Assembly (NCBI GenBank): GCA_964460215.1
Contig: CAYWQM010000005.1
Span: 16,211-80,210, forward strand
Reading direction: 5' to 3'
Source of the DNA: an uncultured Lentisphaerales bacterium
GTDB taxonomy: Bacteria; Verrucomicrobiota; Lentisphaeria; JABSQK01; CAJWLW01
DNA length: 64,000 nt
The position numbers and the translations under genes are program-made. Below are positions 38,566 to 48,614 of the stretch, piece by piece. Numbering within the stretch: the first letter of the stretch is position 1; each line of letters opens with the position of its first letter. The notes under the pieces were generated by a model that did not search any database, had not been told where the DNA came from, and worked only from the letters and a program-made list of their open reading frames with translations.

Positions 38566-38764
38566 CATGGTTTTGTGGTGGTTCCGGGGTGAGTTTTTTG
38601 GGGAAGTGTGTGATGTATTTGGCTTATTATAAATGTGTTACGTAGTATGATATTTTGCGGGGATACGACGATGCTGGTATGGAATATTCATATATTTCGA
38701 ATCAAAAACTGGTAGGGAGGACCGGTGTTGTTCGCGTCGGAGGATTTCATTTGGCGTGGATTGA

Positions 38765-39826
38765 TCAGGGAATCGATGTCGAAACGCCAAACTCGTGGGC
38801 GATCATGCAAATTTCCGCCCAGGTCGTTTTTTCGGGCAACGGGATACCGGTTCTGCTGCGTTCCTCGTACTTTCGAAACTCCGGCTCACCAGGAATCAGG
38901 ACCTCGTCGAATCCTTCGGCTGCTGGGCTGCTCCTGAGGTAATCCATGTTCTCCTGCACCCGCTGACGGAAGTTTTCCGGATCGGGAAAGCTCGCTGCGC
39001 TGATAGCGATCATCGCCATGTTATTGTGATGCTCGCTCACTTCTGTCAGGTTCTCTCCGCCCAAAGCGCTTCCCAGCAGCGCGGTGAGGATTCCCAGCCC
39101 GAATCCCTTGTAGCCCAGATCGCCGCCGAGCGGCAGGATGTTGCCTCTGGGCGGGCCGTAGAAATCTTTCGGGTCCGTGATCGCCCGACCCTGCGCATCA
39201 ATGACGTTGCCGGGCGGCAAGGTCTGCCCTGCGGCGTGAGCCGCACGAATTTTGCCTTCCGCCATTGTCGCCGTCGACATGTCCAGGACGACCGGCCGGT
39301 CCGTGCCGGGTGCTGCCCAGGACACCGGATTGGTTGCCAGCCGACCCTCGCGGCCGCCGAAGGGTACGACGAAGTGTCCCAGGCTCGGCAATACGGGTAC
39401 AGCGATGGTTGCAATACCGATCATCTCCGCCTCGGCAACCTTGGTCGTATACGCCCCGAGGCGACCGGTGTGTGGGAAGTTCCGGCTGGTCACGACACTC
39501 ATGCCGTGTTCGCGGGCCTTGGCGATGGCAACGTCTGTGAGTTTATGGGCGCCGACCTGGCCGAAGTTGAGATGAGCATCGACGATGGCCGACGTCGGTG
39601 TCTCGTTGTCAACCGTGATCGGCGCCGCAGGCTTAACGCGCCCGGCCTTGAATTCTTGGGTGTACTGGAGAATCCGCGTCACGCCGTGGGACTCCATTCC
39701 CATCAAACTGGCCTCGACGAGATGATCCGCAACGATAGCTGCTTCGGCAGCGGGCGCCCCGAAGGCTGTGAAAATGCCGTGAGCAACGTCACGAAGAAAT
39801 TCGGGATCAAAGAATCGAACGCTCAT
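38765..39826 (-). CDS. Ldh_2 family (malate/L-lactate/sulfolactate dehydrogenase type 2) oxidoreductase
   Basis: GMESHGVTRI...VTSRNFPHTGRLGAYT...GGDLGYKGFGLGIL are Ldh_2 hallmarks. Start set at MSVRFF (39826). The ORF extends to 39952 through an AT-rich, non-protein-like stretch. Confidence 0.75.
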   Translation of the reverse strand: MSVRFFDPEFLRDVAHGIFTAFGAPAAEAAIVADHLVEASLMGMESHGVTRILQYTQEFKAGRVKPAAPITVDNETPTSAIVDAHLNFGQVGAHKLTDVAIAKAREHGMSVVTSRNFPHTGRLGAYTTKVAEAEMIGIATIAVPVLPSLGHFVVPFGGREGRLATNPVSWAAPGTDRPVVLDMSTATMAEGKIRAAHAAGQTLPPGNVIDAQGRAITDPKDFYGPPRGNILPLGGDLGYKGFGLGILTALLGSALGGENLTEVSEHHNNMAMIAISAASFPDPENFRQRVQENMDYLRSSPAAEGFDEVLIPGEPEFRKYEERSRTGIPLPEKTTWAEICMIAHEFGVSTSIP

Positions 39827-40133
39827 GAGAGACTCAAAAGGTGTCGGAGATTTATCGGTAACCCATTTATCGCCGTTGACGAAGAGGTATAAGTACTCGA
39901 CCATCGCGGAAAATTCATCTTCGATCTTCCTATATATATTCCGTTTCGTCAATCTTGCCGGCGTTGCCCCAATGAACGGCGTACCTACGCTCAGGCGGCT
40001 TAATCGTCAGCCGCCAGCCGGCGATCGGACAGGGAGTACGAAACGGGGGCGAATGATGACGATGCGCAAACGGCAACCATTCGATACGCTGGAACTGCGT
40101 CATGCCCGGCGGCGCCCGCGAAATCTGTGAGTC

Positions 40134-41597
40134 TCAGGCGTAGCGCTTGGCGCCGAAGGTCTTGCGGACATCGGAACAACGCCCGGGTGTCGGCACGACC
40201 TTGCCGGGGTTGCACAGCCCGGTCGGATCAAAGGTCTCGCGCACACGACGCATGAGGTCGAGAGCGACGTCGTCGAATAGCCAGTTCATCGCCCCGATCT
40301 TCTCGAAACCGATGCCGTGTTCACCGGTCAGGCTGCCGCCAACATCCACGCAGACGCGCAGGATTTCCTCGCCCGCCTGGTGTACCCGTTCGATTTGTGC
40401 GGGATCGCGATCGTCGAACAGCAGCAGCGGATGCAGGTTGCCGTCGCCGGCATGGAAGACATTTGCTACCCGGAGCTCATAGCGCTTGACGATTTCATCG
40501 ATGCGTTCGAGCACTTCGGGCAGCTTGCTGCGGGGGATCACGCCGTCGTGGGTGTAGTAGCTGGGGCTGACGAGACCGACGGCGCCGAAAGCGCCTTTAC
40601 GGGCCCGCCACAGATCAGCGCGTTCTTTGGCGTTGGTGGCGACCCGCACGAACATCGCGTTGTTACGGTCGCCGATCTCGGTGATCCGGTCCGCCAGGTC
40701 GTCCTGGCCTGCACTGATGCCGTCGAGCTCGATCAGCAGTACGGCCCCGGCGTCTTTCGGCAGGCCGATCTTCAAGTGGCTCTCAATGGCATTGCACAAG
40801 AAGCCGTCGATCAACTCGAGTGCCGCTGGGATCATGCCGGCAGCGGTGATATCGCTCACCGCCTGCGAGGCGTCGCGAATCGTCTTGAAGCTCGCCAGCA
40901 AAGTTTTGGTCGATTGCGGATTACGTAAAATGCGCACGGTGATCTTGGTGGCGATACCGAAAGTACCTTCGGAACCGACCAGCAGGCCGGTCAGGTCGTA
41001 ACCGGGATTGTGCCGGACATCGCCGCCGATGTTGACGATTTCGCCGTCCGGCATGACAACTTCGAGCCCGAGTACATGGTTGGTAGTGACGCCGTACTTG
41101 AGCGTGTGGGGCCCACCGGAGTTCTCGGCAACATTGCCACCAATAGTGCAGGCGCTCTGGCTCGATGGATCGGGCGCGTAGTGGTAGCCTTCTTCGCTTA
41201 TATGGCGGGTCAGCATCAAGTTGACGACGCCGGGTTCGACGATTGCGATGCCGCTCTTGAAATCGACCTCGAGAATCTGGGTCATCCGCGAGAGCTCGAT
41301 GATGATGCCGCCGTGCAGAGCCAGTGCGCCGCCGGAAAGGCCGGTGCCGGCGCCGCGGGCGCAAAAGGGCAGGGCATTCTCATTGCACCAGGTGACGATA
41401 CGCTGCACTTCGCCGGTGCTGTGTGCGAAGACGACGGCGGCGGGAGGCAGCTTTTCCAGAGTCGTTCCGTCACAATCGTAGGTCAGAAGATCGGACGAGC
41501 GCTGCAACACATTGTCGTCACCGACGATCTGCTGCAGTTGCTCGATCTGCTCGGTGCTGAGGTCTCGGACCGGCTCGATTGTGGCTGTCTCGGACAT
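40134..41597 (-). CDS. glcD: FAD-linked oxidase, glycolate oxidase subunit GlcD / D-lactate dehydrogenase-like
   Basis: FAD-binding PCMH domain (ARGAGTGLSGGA) and C-terminal FAD-oxidase_C (HAGDGNLHP); ~487 aa. Confidence 0.85.
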   Translation of the reverse strand: MSETATIEPVRDLSTEQIEQLQQIVGDDNVLQRSSDLLTYDCDGTTLEKLPPAAVVFAHSTGEVQRIVTWCNENALPFCARGAGTGLSGGALALHGGIIIELSRMTQILEVDFKSGIAIVEPGVVNLMLTRHISEEGYHYAPDPSSQSACTIGGNVAENSGGPHTLKYGVTTNHVLGLEVVMPDGEIVNIGGDVRHNPGYDLTGLLVGSEGTFGIATKITVRILRNPQSTKTLLASFKTIRDASQAVSDITAAGMIPAALELIDGFLCNAIESHLKIGLPKDAGAVLLIELDGISAGQDDLADRITEIGDRNNAMFVRVATNAKERADLWRARKGAFGAVGLVSPSYYTHDGVIPRSKLPEVLERIDEIVKRYELRVANVFHAGDGNLHPLLLFDDRDPAQIERVHQAGEEILRVCVDVGGSLTGEHGIGFEKIGAMNWLFDDVALDLMRRVRETFDPTGLCNPGKVVPTPGRCSDVRKTFGAKRYA

Positions 41598-41749
41598 TAA
41601 AAATCTCTGTTGTCTCCATGGTGCCGGGAGTCCGGCACCTGCGGTAATGAAGGTACCGCGATGAGGCGTAGTTTCAATGCCGACCTGACTGCGGGTAATG
41701 CGTGTGCTATAGTATTGTTTGATTTTTTGCCCACACTTGGAGACTGGTT

Positions 41750-42826
41750 ATGAGTATCGACCGCATTGTCAAATATCTTAGCGACGAAAGCGACGACCTG
41801 TTGCAGTTCAGTAGCCCGAAGATTTCAAAGGACGAGATACATTTGCCGTGTCCTGACTCGGTGGACAACTATTTCGGTCCGACCGACCGGTCGATGGCGG
41901 TGCTGCGCAATCTGCAGTCACTGATGGATCACGGGCGGCTGGGTGGCACGGGTTACGTGTCGATCCTGCCAGTGGATCAGGCGATCGAGCATTCGGCCGG
42001 TGCTTCGTTCACGCCGAACCCAATCTATTTCGACCCCGAAAACATCGTGCGGTTGGCCATCGAGGCGGGCTGCAACGGCGTTGCGTCGACGTTCGGCGTG
42101 CTTGGCAGCGTCGCGCGGAAGTACGCGCACCGCATCCCGTTCATCGTCAAGATCAATCACAACGAACTGATGACGTTGCCGAATGAGTTTGATCAAGTGA
42201 TGTTCGGCTCGGTCAAGCAGGCGTTTGACATGGGCGCGGTGGCGGTTGGCGCGACGATTTATTTCGGTTCGCCACAGAGCACCCGGCAGATTGTCGAGAT
42301 CGCCGAGGCCTTCAAGACGGCGCATGACCTCGGTATGGCGACGGTTTTGTGGTGCTATCTGCGCAATCCCGGTTTCAAGGTCGGTGACGCCGACTATCAT
42401 ACCAGCGCTGACTTGACGGCACAGGCCAATCATCTGGGCGTGACCATCGAGGCGGATATCATCAAGCAGAAACTCCCGGAGGTCAACCGTGGCTATCAGG
42501 CGCTGAACGCCGATGGCAGCTATGGCAGCTATGGCAAGTACCACCCCGGGATGTATGACGAGCTGGCGTCTGATCATCCGATCGACCTGACGCGGTTCCA
42601 GGTGGAGAACTGTTATATGGGGCGGGTCGGGCTGATCAACTCCGGCGGTGCCTCGGGGCAGGACGATTTTGCCGAGGCAGTGCGTACAGCGGTGATCAAC
42701 AAGCGAGCCGGTGGCATGGGGCTGATCAGTGGTCGCAAAGCATTTCAGCGGCCGATGTCGGAAGGTGTGAAGCTGCTGGCGGAGATTCAGGAGGTCTATC
42801 TCTGCGACCAGGTCACCATCGCGTGA
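41750..42826 (+). CDS. fbaB: Class I fructose-bisphosphate aldolase (DhnA/FbaB type)
   Basis: ~358 aa. [11 protein letters not shown] and KINHNE motifs are typical of DhnA-type class I aldolase. Confidence 0.8.
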   Translation: MSIDRIVKYLSDESDDLLQFSSPKISKDEIHLPCPDSVDNYFGPTDRSMAVLRNLQSLMDHGRLGGTGYVSILPVDQAIEHSAGASFTPNPIYFDPENIVRLAIEAGCNGVASTFGVLGSVARKYAHRIPFIVKINHNELMTLPNEFDQVMFGSVKQAFDMGAVAVGATIYFGSPQSTRQIVEIAEAFKTAHDLGMATVLWCYLRNPGFKVGDADYHTSADLTAQANHLGVTIEADIIKQKLPEVNRGYQALNADGSYGSYGKYHPGMYDELASDHPIDLTRFQVENCYMGRVGLINSGGASGQDDFAEAVRTAVINKRAGGMGLISGRKAFQRPMSEGVKLLAEIQEVYLCDQVTIA

Positions 42827-43115
42827 TTGCTGCAAGCCGCTCGCGTCCGCTCGCCCTCTCGGGCTCTATGCGGGAATTAGCTTTTGGTGCGCCAGAGCAC
42901 TTTGAGTGCTGATATTTGGCACATATAATTTTTTGCTGGCGCGACTTGACCGATACTCAAGCGTGGCTACCTTATGCCATTAATTATGACTTGAACGCTG
43001 GTTTTTTTTTTGCATGCATTGCTTTGCTGCAAGAAAACAGCGTGACTTCGTACCTCAGTCGCCGTGATGAGGTGTCGAGGGAAAATGACCCGCGGCGACT
43101 TGTAGAGATCAACGG

Positions 43116-43382
43116 ATGAATATCTATGTTGGTAACCTGCCGTACACCGCAGCCGATGACGACTTGAGAAAGCTGTTTGAGGAGTACGGTGCCGTCGACT
43201 CAGCCCGCGTAATCGTTGACCGTGCGACCAACCAGTCGAAAGGCTTTGGTTTTGTCGAAATGGGTGACGATGGCGAAGCTAATGGCGCTATTTCTGCGCT
43301 CGACGGTAATGAGTTCATGGGCCGCCGTTTGCGTGCCAATGAGGCTCGTCCGCGTGAGCGCCGTGAAGGCCCGCGCTACTAA
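43116..43382 (+). CDS. RRM-type RNA-binding protein
   Basis: RNP-2 IYVGNL and RNP-1 KGFGFVEM; 88 aa. Confidence 0.9.
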   Translation: MNIYVGNLPYTAADDDLRKLFEEYGAVDSARVIVDRATNQSKGFGFVEMGDDGEANGAISALDGNEFMGRRLRANEARPRERREGPRY

Positions 43383-43798
43383 TTCAGCCCGCCGCTAGTT
43401 TCTACCGATTCTGACGATACGGCTGTTGCACTTGTCAAGGTTTGACGGTGTGCAGTCTCCTTCTGGTGACTTTCCCGACCTGCCAGTGCGCAGGTGGGGT
43501 GTGTCCGTAGGATGTGCGCCCTGACACTGACTTGCTGGCTTGGCGTGATTGCTTCAGAACTGGTTCAAGCGCAAGAACGATCGGTCGATCTGTCGCGGTT
43601 TCGCTTCGATTGCCGATTCATCAGGCTCTGGCCCCTTGGTCAGGTCCTTGTGGATCGCTATGTGGTCGGCGACTGTGCTTTTTACGGCACGCGTGTTTTT
43701 CAACGCGCTGTTGGCGATTCGCAGGTCGAATTCCGGATGAGTCCGGTCGATCTGATCGACCGTTGTCTCGAATATGCAGACAACGGACCGGATGCAGT

Positions 43799-44374
43799 TC
43801 AGCCCGTGTGGCGCAGGATGTACAGCATGACGTCGCCGTAGTTACGCTCCCGAATAAACTCCCAGCCGGCACGGATGTCTGCCGGGAAAGGCTCCGTGAC
43901 GGGCTGTTCCATGATCACCAGAGCCTTGCCGACCCAGGTGCGGAACGCCTTGTCCGCCAACAACTCGCGACCGCCAACACCATTGCCGTCCTGATCAGGA
44001 TGAAAAGGTGGGTCGGCGAAGATCAGGTCGGGCTGCAATGTTGGCAGCAATTGCGGAGTACGTAAAACCGAGGCCTCAAAAACGCGTGTTGATACCGCCG
44101 CCGGCAGTGCCGATTCGACGCGTGCCAGATTCTTCTCGATGATCCGAATGTTGCGGCGCTTGAGCTCGACGAAGTAGGCTTCAGCAGCACCGCGGCTAAG
44201 GGCTTCCAGGCCCAGGGCACCAGTGCCGGCAAACAGGTCGACAACGACGGTGTCCACCAGCGGTTCGAGCATGGCGAACATTGCCTCTTTGACCCGGTCC
44301 ATGGTCGGTCGTACATCCGTGCCGGGCGGCGGCGTCAGCCGCGTGCCGCGTGCATGTCCACTGATGATTCGCAT
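43799..44374 (-). CDS. rsmD: 16S rRNA (guanine966-N2)-methyltransferase RsmD
   Basis: MRIISGHARG...VVDLFAGTGALGLEALSRGA...IFADPPF (D-PP-F/Y motif). ORF track extends to 44665 but the upstream part is non-protein-like. Confidence 0.85.
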   Translation of the reverse strand: MRIISGHARGTRLTPPPGTDVRPTMDRVKEAMFAMLEPLVDTVVVDLFAGTGALGLEALSRGAAEAYFVELKRRNIRIIEKNLARVESALPAAVSTRVFEASVLRTPQLLPTLQPDLIFADPPFHPDQDGNGVGGRELLADKAFRTWVGKALVIMEQPVTEPFPADIRAGWEFIRERNYGDVMLYILRHTG

Positions 44375-44555
44375 ACTGGGTTCATTCCTGCTCGGGTTGT
44401 GGCTCGGCCGTGAAATCGATCTGTACAACAGTGGCGGGAATTGCCTGGTGCCACAAAGGAAAATATAAATTCGGTACCGGATGATCGAACTGCACGGCCG
44501 AGGTTGCCCTGCCACAAAAAAAAGAAACCACCCCGTACCACGACCTTCGCTTTGC

Positions 44556-46100
44556 TCACTCCCACTCGATTGTGCTCGGGGGCTTTGAGCTGATGTCGTA
44601 GCAGACGCGGTTGACGCCGCGCACTTCGTTGATGATGCGGTTGGAGATGCACTGGAGCAAGTCATACGGCAGACGCGACCAGTCGGCGGTCATGCCGTCC
44701 TGACTATCCACAATACGCAGGGCGATCGTATTTTCGTACGTGCGTTCGTCGCCCATGACTCCGACACTCTGCACTGGCAGCAGTACTGCGAAGGATTGCC
44801 ACACCTTGTAGTAACAATCGGCTTTGCGCATCTCGTCGATAACTATTGTATCGGCCTGGCGCAGGACAGCGAGACCTTCACGGTTGACCTCGCCAATAAT
44901 ACGTACCGCCAGACCGGGGCCCGGGAACGGCTGGCGCATGACAACATCTTCGGGCAGACCGAGCTGGCGCCCGACTTCGCGGACCTCGTCCTTGAAAAGC
45001 TGGCGCAACGGCTCGACCAGTTCGAGATTCATGACACTTGGCAGGCCGCCGACGTTGTGATGGCTCTTGATCATGGCGCTCGGGTTGCCGTCGATCGGTA
45101 CGCTCTCGATGACATCCGGATAGGTCGTACCCTGAGCCAGGAAACGGGCGTTGCTGAACTTGCGGGCCTCTTCCTCGAACACCGTGATGAACTCGTTGCC
45201 GATGATTTTACGCTTGGTCTCCGGATCGGTGATACCGGCAAGCTTGTCGAGGAATCGCTCCCCCGCCGAGATGCAGTCCAGGTTCATCTGGAAAGCGCTG
45301 CCGAACAGCCGTTGTACGGCTTCTACCTCGCCTTCCCGAACCACGCCGTTGTCGACAAAGATGCAGTTGAGCTGTTGACCGATCGCTTTGTGAATCAACG
45401 CCGCCGTGACCGAGGAGTCAACGCCGCCGCTCAGGCCCAGGATGACCTTGCCGTCACCTACCTGTTCACAGATCTCACCGACGCTGCGCTCGATGAAGGA
45501 TTTCATTGTCCATTCACCCTTGCAGCCGCAGACGCCATAACAGAAGTTGGACAGGATGTCGGTGCCGTTCGGTGTGTGAACCACCTCCGGGTGGAACTGC
45601 AAACCGTAAATTCCTTTCGTGTGGGCTACAGCTGCAAACTCACTGTTGGCAGTGGTTGCGACAGGCTGGAAGCCATCCGGCAGTTCGAGGACTTTATCCC
45701 CGTGGCTCATCCATACGCGCTGTTCGTCCGGGGTGTCGCGGAACAGGGGCTGCGGCTCGACGACGTTCAGCGTGGCGGGGCCATATTCCCGATGGGTGCC
45801 GGGGACGACGCGGCCACCCAGGTGATGGGCGATAAGCTGCAGCCCGTAGCAGATACCCAGGATTGGAATGCCCAGGTCGTAAATGCCGCGATCACAGTGG
45901 GGCGCGTTCTCGTCGTTGACACTGGCCGGACCGCCGCTCAGGATTATGCCGTCGGGGTTGATGGCGCGAATCTCAGCCGGGGTCAGCCGGTAACTGACGA
46001 TCTGGCTGTAAATATTCAACTCGCGGATGCGGCGGGCAATCAGCTGGGTGTACTGCGAGCCGAAGTCGAGGATGATAATTTTCTCATGAATATCGTCCAT
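44556..46100 (-). CDS. guaA: GMP synthase (glutamine-hydrolysing)
   Basis: GATase [17 protein letters not shown]...GICYG plus the ATP-PPase SGGVDSSV P-loop and C-terminal dimerisation domain ...PSTIEWE. Start at MDDIHEK (46100). Confidence 0.9.
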   Translation of the reverse strand: MDDIHEKIIILDFGSQYTQLIARRIRELNIYSQIVSYRLTPAEIRAINPDGIILSGGPASVNDENAPHCDRGIYDLGIPILGICYGLQLIAHHLGGRVVPGTHREYGPATLNVVEPQPLFRDTPDEQRVWMSHGDKVLELPDGFQPVATTANSEFAAVAHTKGIYGLQFHPEVVHTPNGTDILSNFCYGVCGCKGEWTMKSFIERSVGEICEQVGDGKVILGLSGGVDSSVTAALIHKAIGQQLNCIFVDNGVVREGEVEAVQRLFGSAFQMNLDCISAGERFLDKLAGITDPETKRKIIGNEFITVFEEEARKFSNARFLAQGTTYPDVIESVPIDGNPSAMIKSHHNVGGLPSVMNLELVEPLRQLFKDEVREVGRQLGLPEDVVMRQPFPGPGLAVRIIGEVNREGLAVLRQADTIVIDEMRKADCYYKVWQSFAVLLPVQSVGVMGDERTYENTIALRIVDSQDGMTADWSRLPYDLLQCISNRIINEVRGVNRVCYDISSKPPSTIEWE

Positions 46101-46357
46101 CAATATCTCATGCGCTTGGAGGATTTTTTGTCGCGAATGCGGATCAGACTCTGACAGGAGGGGCAGCGGGTCATGCTCTCGATGCGCTTGCCGATAAAGA
46201 TCAGCCGGCACTCCCGGCAACGGCAGAGCAGCTCTTCGGAAATGTTCCATCCGTGCGTGTTGTCCTGCCACCACTGGCGGATACAGGCGATGCCGGCAAT
46301 CAACATGATGAGTACAGTCAAGAATGTAAAAAGATTATCAGTTCCAATCGCGATCAT
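46100..46357 (-). CDS. Hypothetical small protein: one TM helix + CxxC...CxxC zinc-ribbon
   Basis: [18 protein letters not shown] then [25 protein letters not shown]. Stop overlaps the guaA start (TGATG). Overlaps the 3' end of the upstream ORF by ~20 nt. Confidence 0.3.
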   Translation of the reverse strand: MIAIGTDNLFTFLTVLIMLIAGIACIRQWWQDNTHGWNISEELLCRCRECRLIFIGKRIESMTRCPSCQSLIRIRDKKSSKRMRY

Positions 46358-47276
46358 GCCATCCTTCGCGGTCTTTGGGTTCCGGGTTCTCAGTCACGTT
46401 CGGCAGAAAGCGCCAGTGGCAGGCGAACCGCGCCTTGCCTTCGAGCCATTCAGGTGCCGTTTCCTGCATACGCTTCCGGCTGGCTTTGTCATTGAACAGC
46501 TGCCGGATATGTGCCAGCGCCAGATCATCAAGTACCTCGGCGCCACAGCCGCCGGCTTGGAGGACAGTAAAGCGTCGACCGGAACTCTTCAACCCTTCCG
46601 GATAATCGCCCATGCGCGGGCGCGCCCCCTCCGGGAACAGCGGCCCCATCGGCAACACCACAATGTGCGTCGGACCGCCGGTCGTGAATGTCTCGTCAGC
46701 GAGCGCCGGTGGCAGTTGTAGTGGCGGCAGCCGTGGTTCCGGGCGATTATCGGCATCAGTCCAGACGATGTCGTCTGGAATCGGGCCGGGTTCGGCAATA
46801 TCGTCAACCGTTGGTGCCAAATACCGTCGGGCGCGGTCACGTTCGAGTCGCAATGCGGTTACCGCCGGCGACATGCTCGTCGGCTGGAAGTCTTGCGGTT
46901 CATCCGATTCGATTTTGATCTCGTGGCGGTCGAAGTAGGAGAACGGCCGATGGAAATCGGTGTTGCGAATACGGCTGAATCCGTATTCCCGGTTGGGCAT
47001 AAACATTAGTTTCGGGTCGAGCACGTCGCGCCAAGCCAGCAGGTTCTTCAGCCAGACGTTGCTGTCTCTGCGCGGGTCAAATTCTTTGTCGTCGGTAGGG
47101 ATGAACACGATGTCGGCCCGTTTGCGCGTCACTTCACTGGCACGGCCATTATCGGATTCAATGCGTAGGGCGAAGCAGATGACAGTGTAAAAAAGCCCTA
47201 CTGCCACGATGGCAGCGATGTAGTCGCGTGCATAATGAGTAGTGGGGCGTTGTATTTTTTTGTCATGGGTTGCCAT
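46338..47276 (-). CDS. Hypothetical membrane-anchored protein with Pro-rich segment (possible TonB-like partner of ExbBD)
   Basis: N-terminal TM YIAAIVAVGLFYTVICFAL; Pro-rich RPEPRLPPLQLPPAL...PMGPLFPEGARP. Immediately downstream of exbB-exbD on the same strand. No clear TonB C-terminal motif. Confidence 0.4.
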   Translation of the reverse strand: MATHDKKIQRPTTHYARDYIAAIVAVGLFYTVICFALRIESDNGRASEVTRKRADIVFIPTDDKEFDPRRDSNVWLKNLLAWRDVLDPKLMFMPNREYGFSRIRNTDFHRPFSYFDRHEIKIESDEPQDFQPTSMSPAVTALRLERDRARRYLAPTVDDIAEPGPIPDDIVWTDADNRPEPRLPPLQLPPALADETFTTGGPTHIVVLPMGPLFPEGARPRMGDYPEGLKSSGRRFTVLQAGGCGAEVLDDLALAHIRQLFNDKASRKRMQETAPEWLEGKARFACHWRFLPNVTENPEPKDREGWHDRDWN

Positions 47277-47300
47277 ACGGAAAGACCGGTTTTCAACGCG

Positions 47301-47714
47301 CTACCGCTTATCGACTTCGGTAGGTACGATTACTTTCGAGGCGTACTTGCTGGCGATTGACATGATGCGAGCGATGTCGTTGTAAGTTGTATCCTTGTCG
47401 GCGCTGATGATGATGATCGGCTTGCTCTCGCGCTCTTTTGACACCTCGATGAGCTTAGCCTTGAGCGCGTCCCAGTTCTCGACCGTCTGGTCGTTGAACC
47501 ATAGTTGGCTGTCTTTGGTAAAATAGATCACCATCTTGTCGGCGACCGTTTCGACCTCCTGCTCCTGGGTGTTCGGGAAACTCACGGTGATGCCCTCCTG
47601 GACTACCACCTTGTCGCCGATCAGGAAAAAAATCTGCAGCAGAAAAATCAGATCCAGAACCGCCGGTGCCGCCAGCAGAAAACCGTTCTGCGGTTTCAGG
47701 CGGCGCTTAAACAT
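47301..47714 (-). CDS. exbD: Biopolymer transport protein ExbD/TolR
   Basis: Single TM plus periplasmic domain ...PIIIISADKDTTYNDIARIM. Start at MFKRRLKP; overlaps the exbB stop. Confidence 0.8.
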   Translation of the reverse strand: MFKRRLKPQNGFLLAAPAVLDLIFLLQIFFLIGDKVVVQEGITVSFPNTQEQEVETVADKMVIYFTKDSQLWFNDQTVENWDALKAKLIEVSKERESKPIIIISADKDTTYNDIARIMSIASKYASKVIVPTEVDKR

Positions 47715-48399
47715 CGGCAACCTCCGCCTCGACCTTGGCAGCATTGTCGTTACTGTCCTCGCCGTTGTTTTCGATGCGGATATCATTCTCGATCAGGAAA
47801 TGAATCATCTCCGCCGCCGCCTTCTCCATGTCCAGTACGATATTGTCGATCCGAGCCACGAAGTAGTTGTATGACGCGTTGGCGCCGATAGCTACAACCA
47901 TACCGGTGGCCGTGCTGATCAGCGCCATCCATATGCCCCCGGCCAGACTTGGCACATCAACGAAGGTACCGGCGTTACTCATGGCTTCGAACAGACGGAT
48001 GATGCCGATCACTGTACCGAGCAACCCCAGTAGGATTGAGATCGCGGCAATGCCTGCCAGACCGCGCACCCACTTCTCAAGCCGCGGGATTTCCGCCAGA
48101 CTCGAGTCCTGCACGGCCTGACGCATCCGCGCCTCACCCTTGCCACAGTTCAGGATTGCCGCGCGCAGGACGTGGGCGACCGGGCCCGGCGTCTCGTCAC
48201 ATATGCTGACGGCCTCCAGGACGTTGCCGCGGCGCAGCACGTTCATCACGCCTCGCATGAACTCCGGCACGTTGATATGTGCGCGGTGAAAATGCAGGAT
48301 GCGTGCGATGACGATGACCAGGGCAAACGTGCCCAATGCGAAAATGATCCACGTGACCTCACCGCCACGTTGCAGGATTTTAGTTATCAGGTCGGGCAT
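47707..48399 (-). CDS. exbB: MotA/TolQ/ExbB proton-channel family protein
   Basis: Three TM helices; LAGIAAISILLGLLGTVIGII...AGGIWMALISTATGMVVAI typical of ExbB/TolQ. Confidence 0.85.
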   Translation of the reverse strand: MPDLITKILQRGGEVTWIIFALGTFALVIVIARILHFHRAHINVPEFMRGVMNVLRRGNVLEAVSICDETPGPVAHVLRAAILNCGKGEARMRQAVQDSSLAEIPRLEKWVRGLAGIAAISILLGLLGTVIGIIRLFEAMSNAGTFVDVPSLAGGIWMALISTATGMVVAIGANASYNYFVARIDNIVLDMEKAAAEMIHFLIENDIRIENNGEDSNDNAAKVEAEVADV

Positions 48400-48614
48400 G
48401 GTCGGTCAAGGCCGGGAGGCGTTTGATGTATTTGAGATGTTTGGGCTGGGTACCTGGACCGGTTAATATACGCCTTTCCCCGGCGCTTTTTCCATGTGTG
48501 ACAATTGCAACATGACCAAATACTTTTGACGCCATCGCGAGGCCAATGTTCGTCGCGCCCCAGAGCGAATGTCAATGAGGTCGACTTCAGCCTCGAAAGG
48601 TGTCCTGAGCGCCC

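Noticed and set aside
43494-43841. 115-aa + strand ORF in the rbp-rsmD intergenic region
   Set aside because: It has no recognisable motifs, overlaps the rsmD 3' end, and competes with an equally long antisense ORF. Coding status is unsupported.
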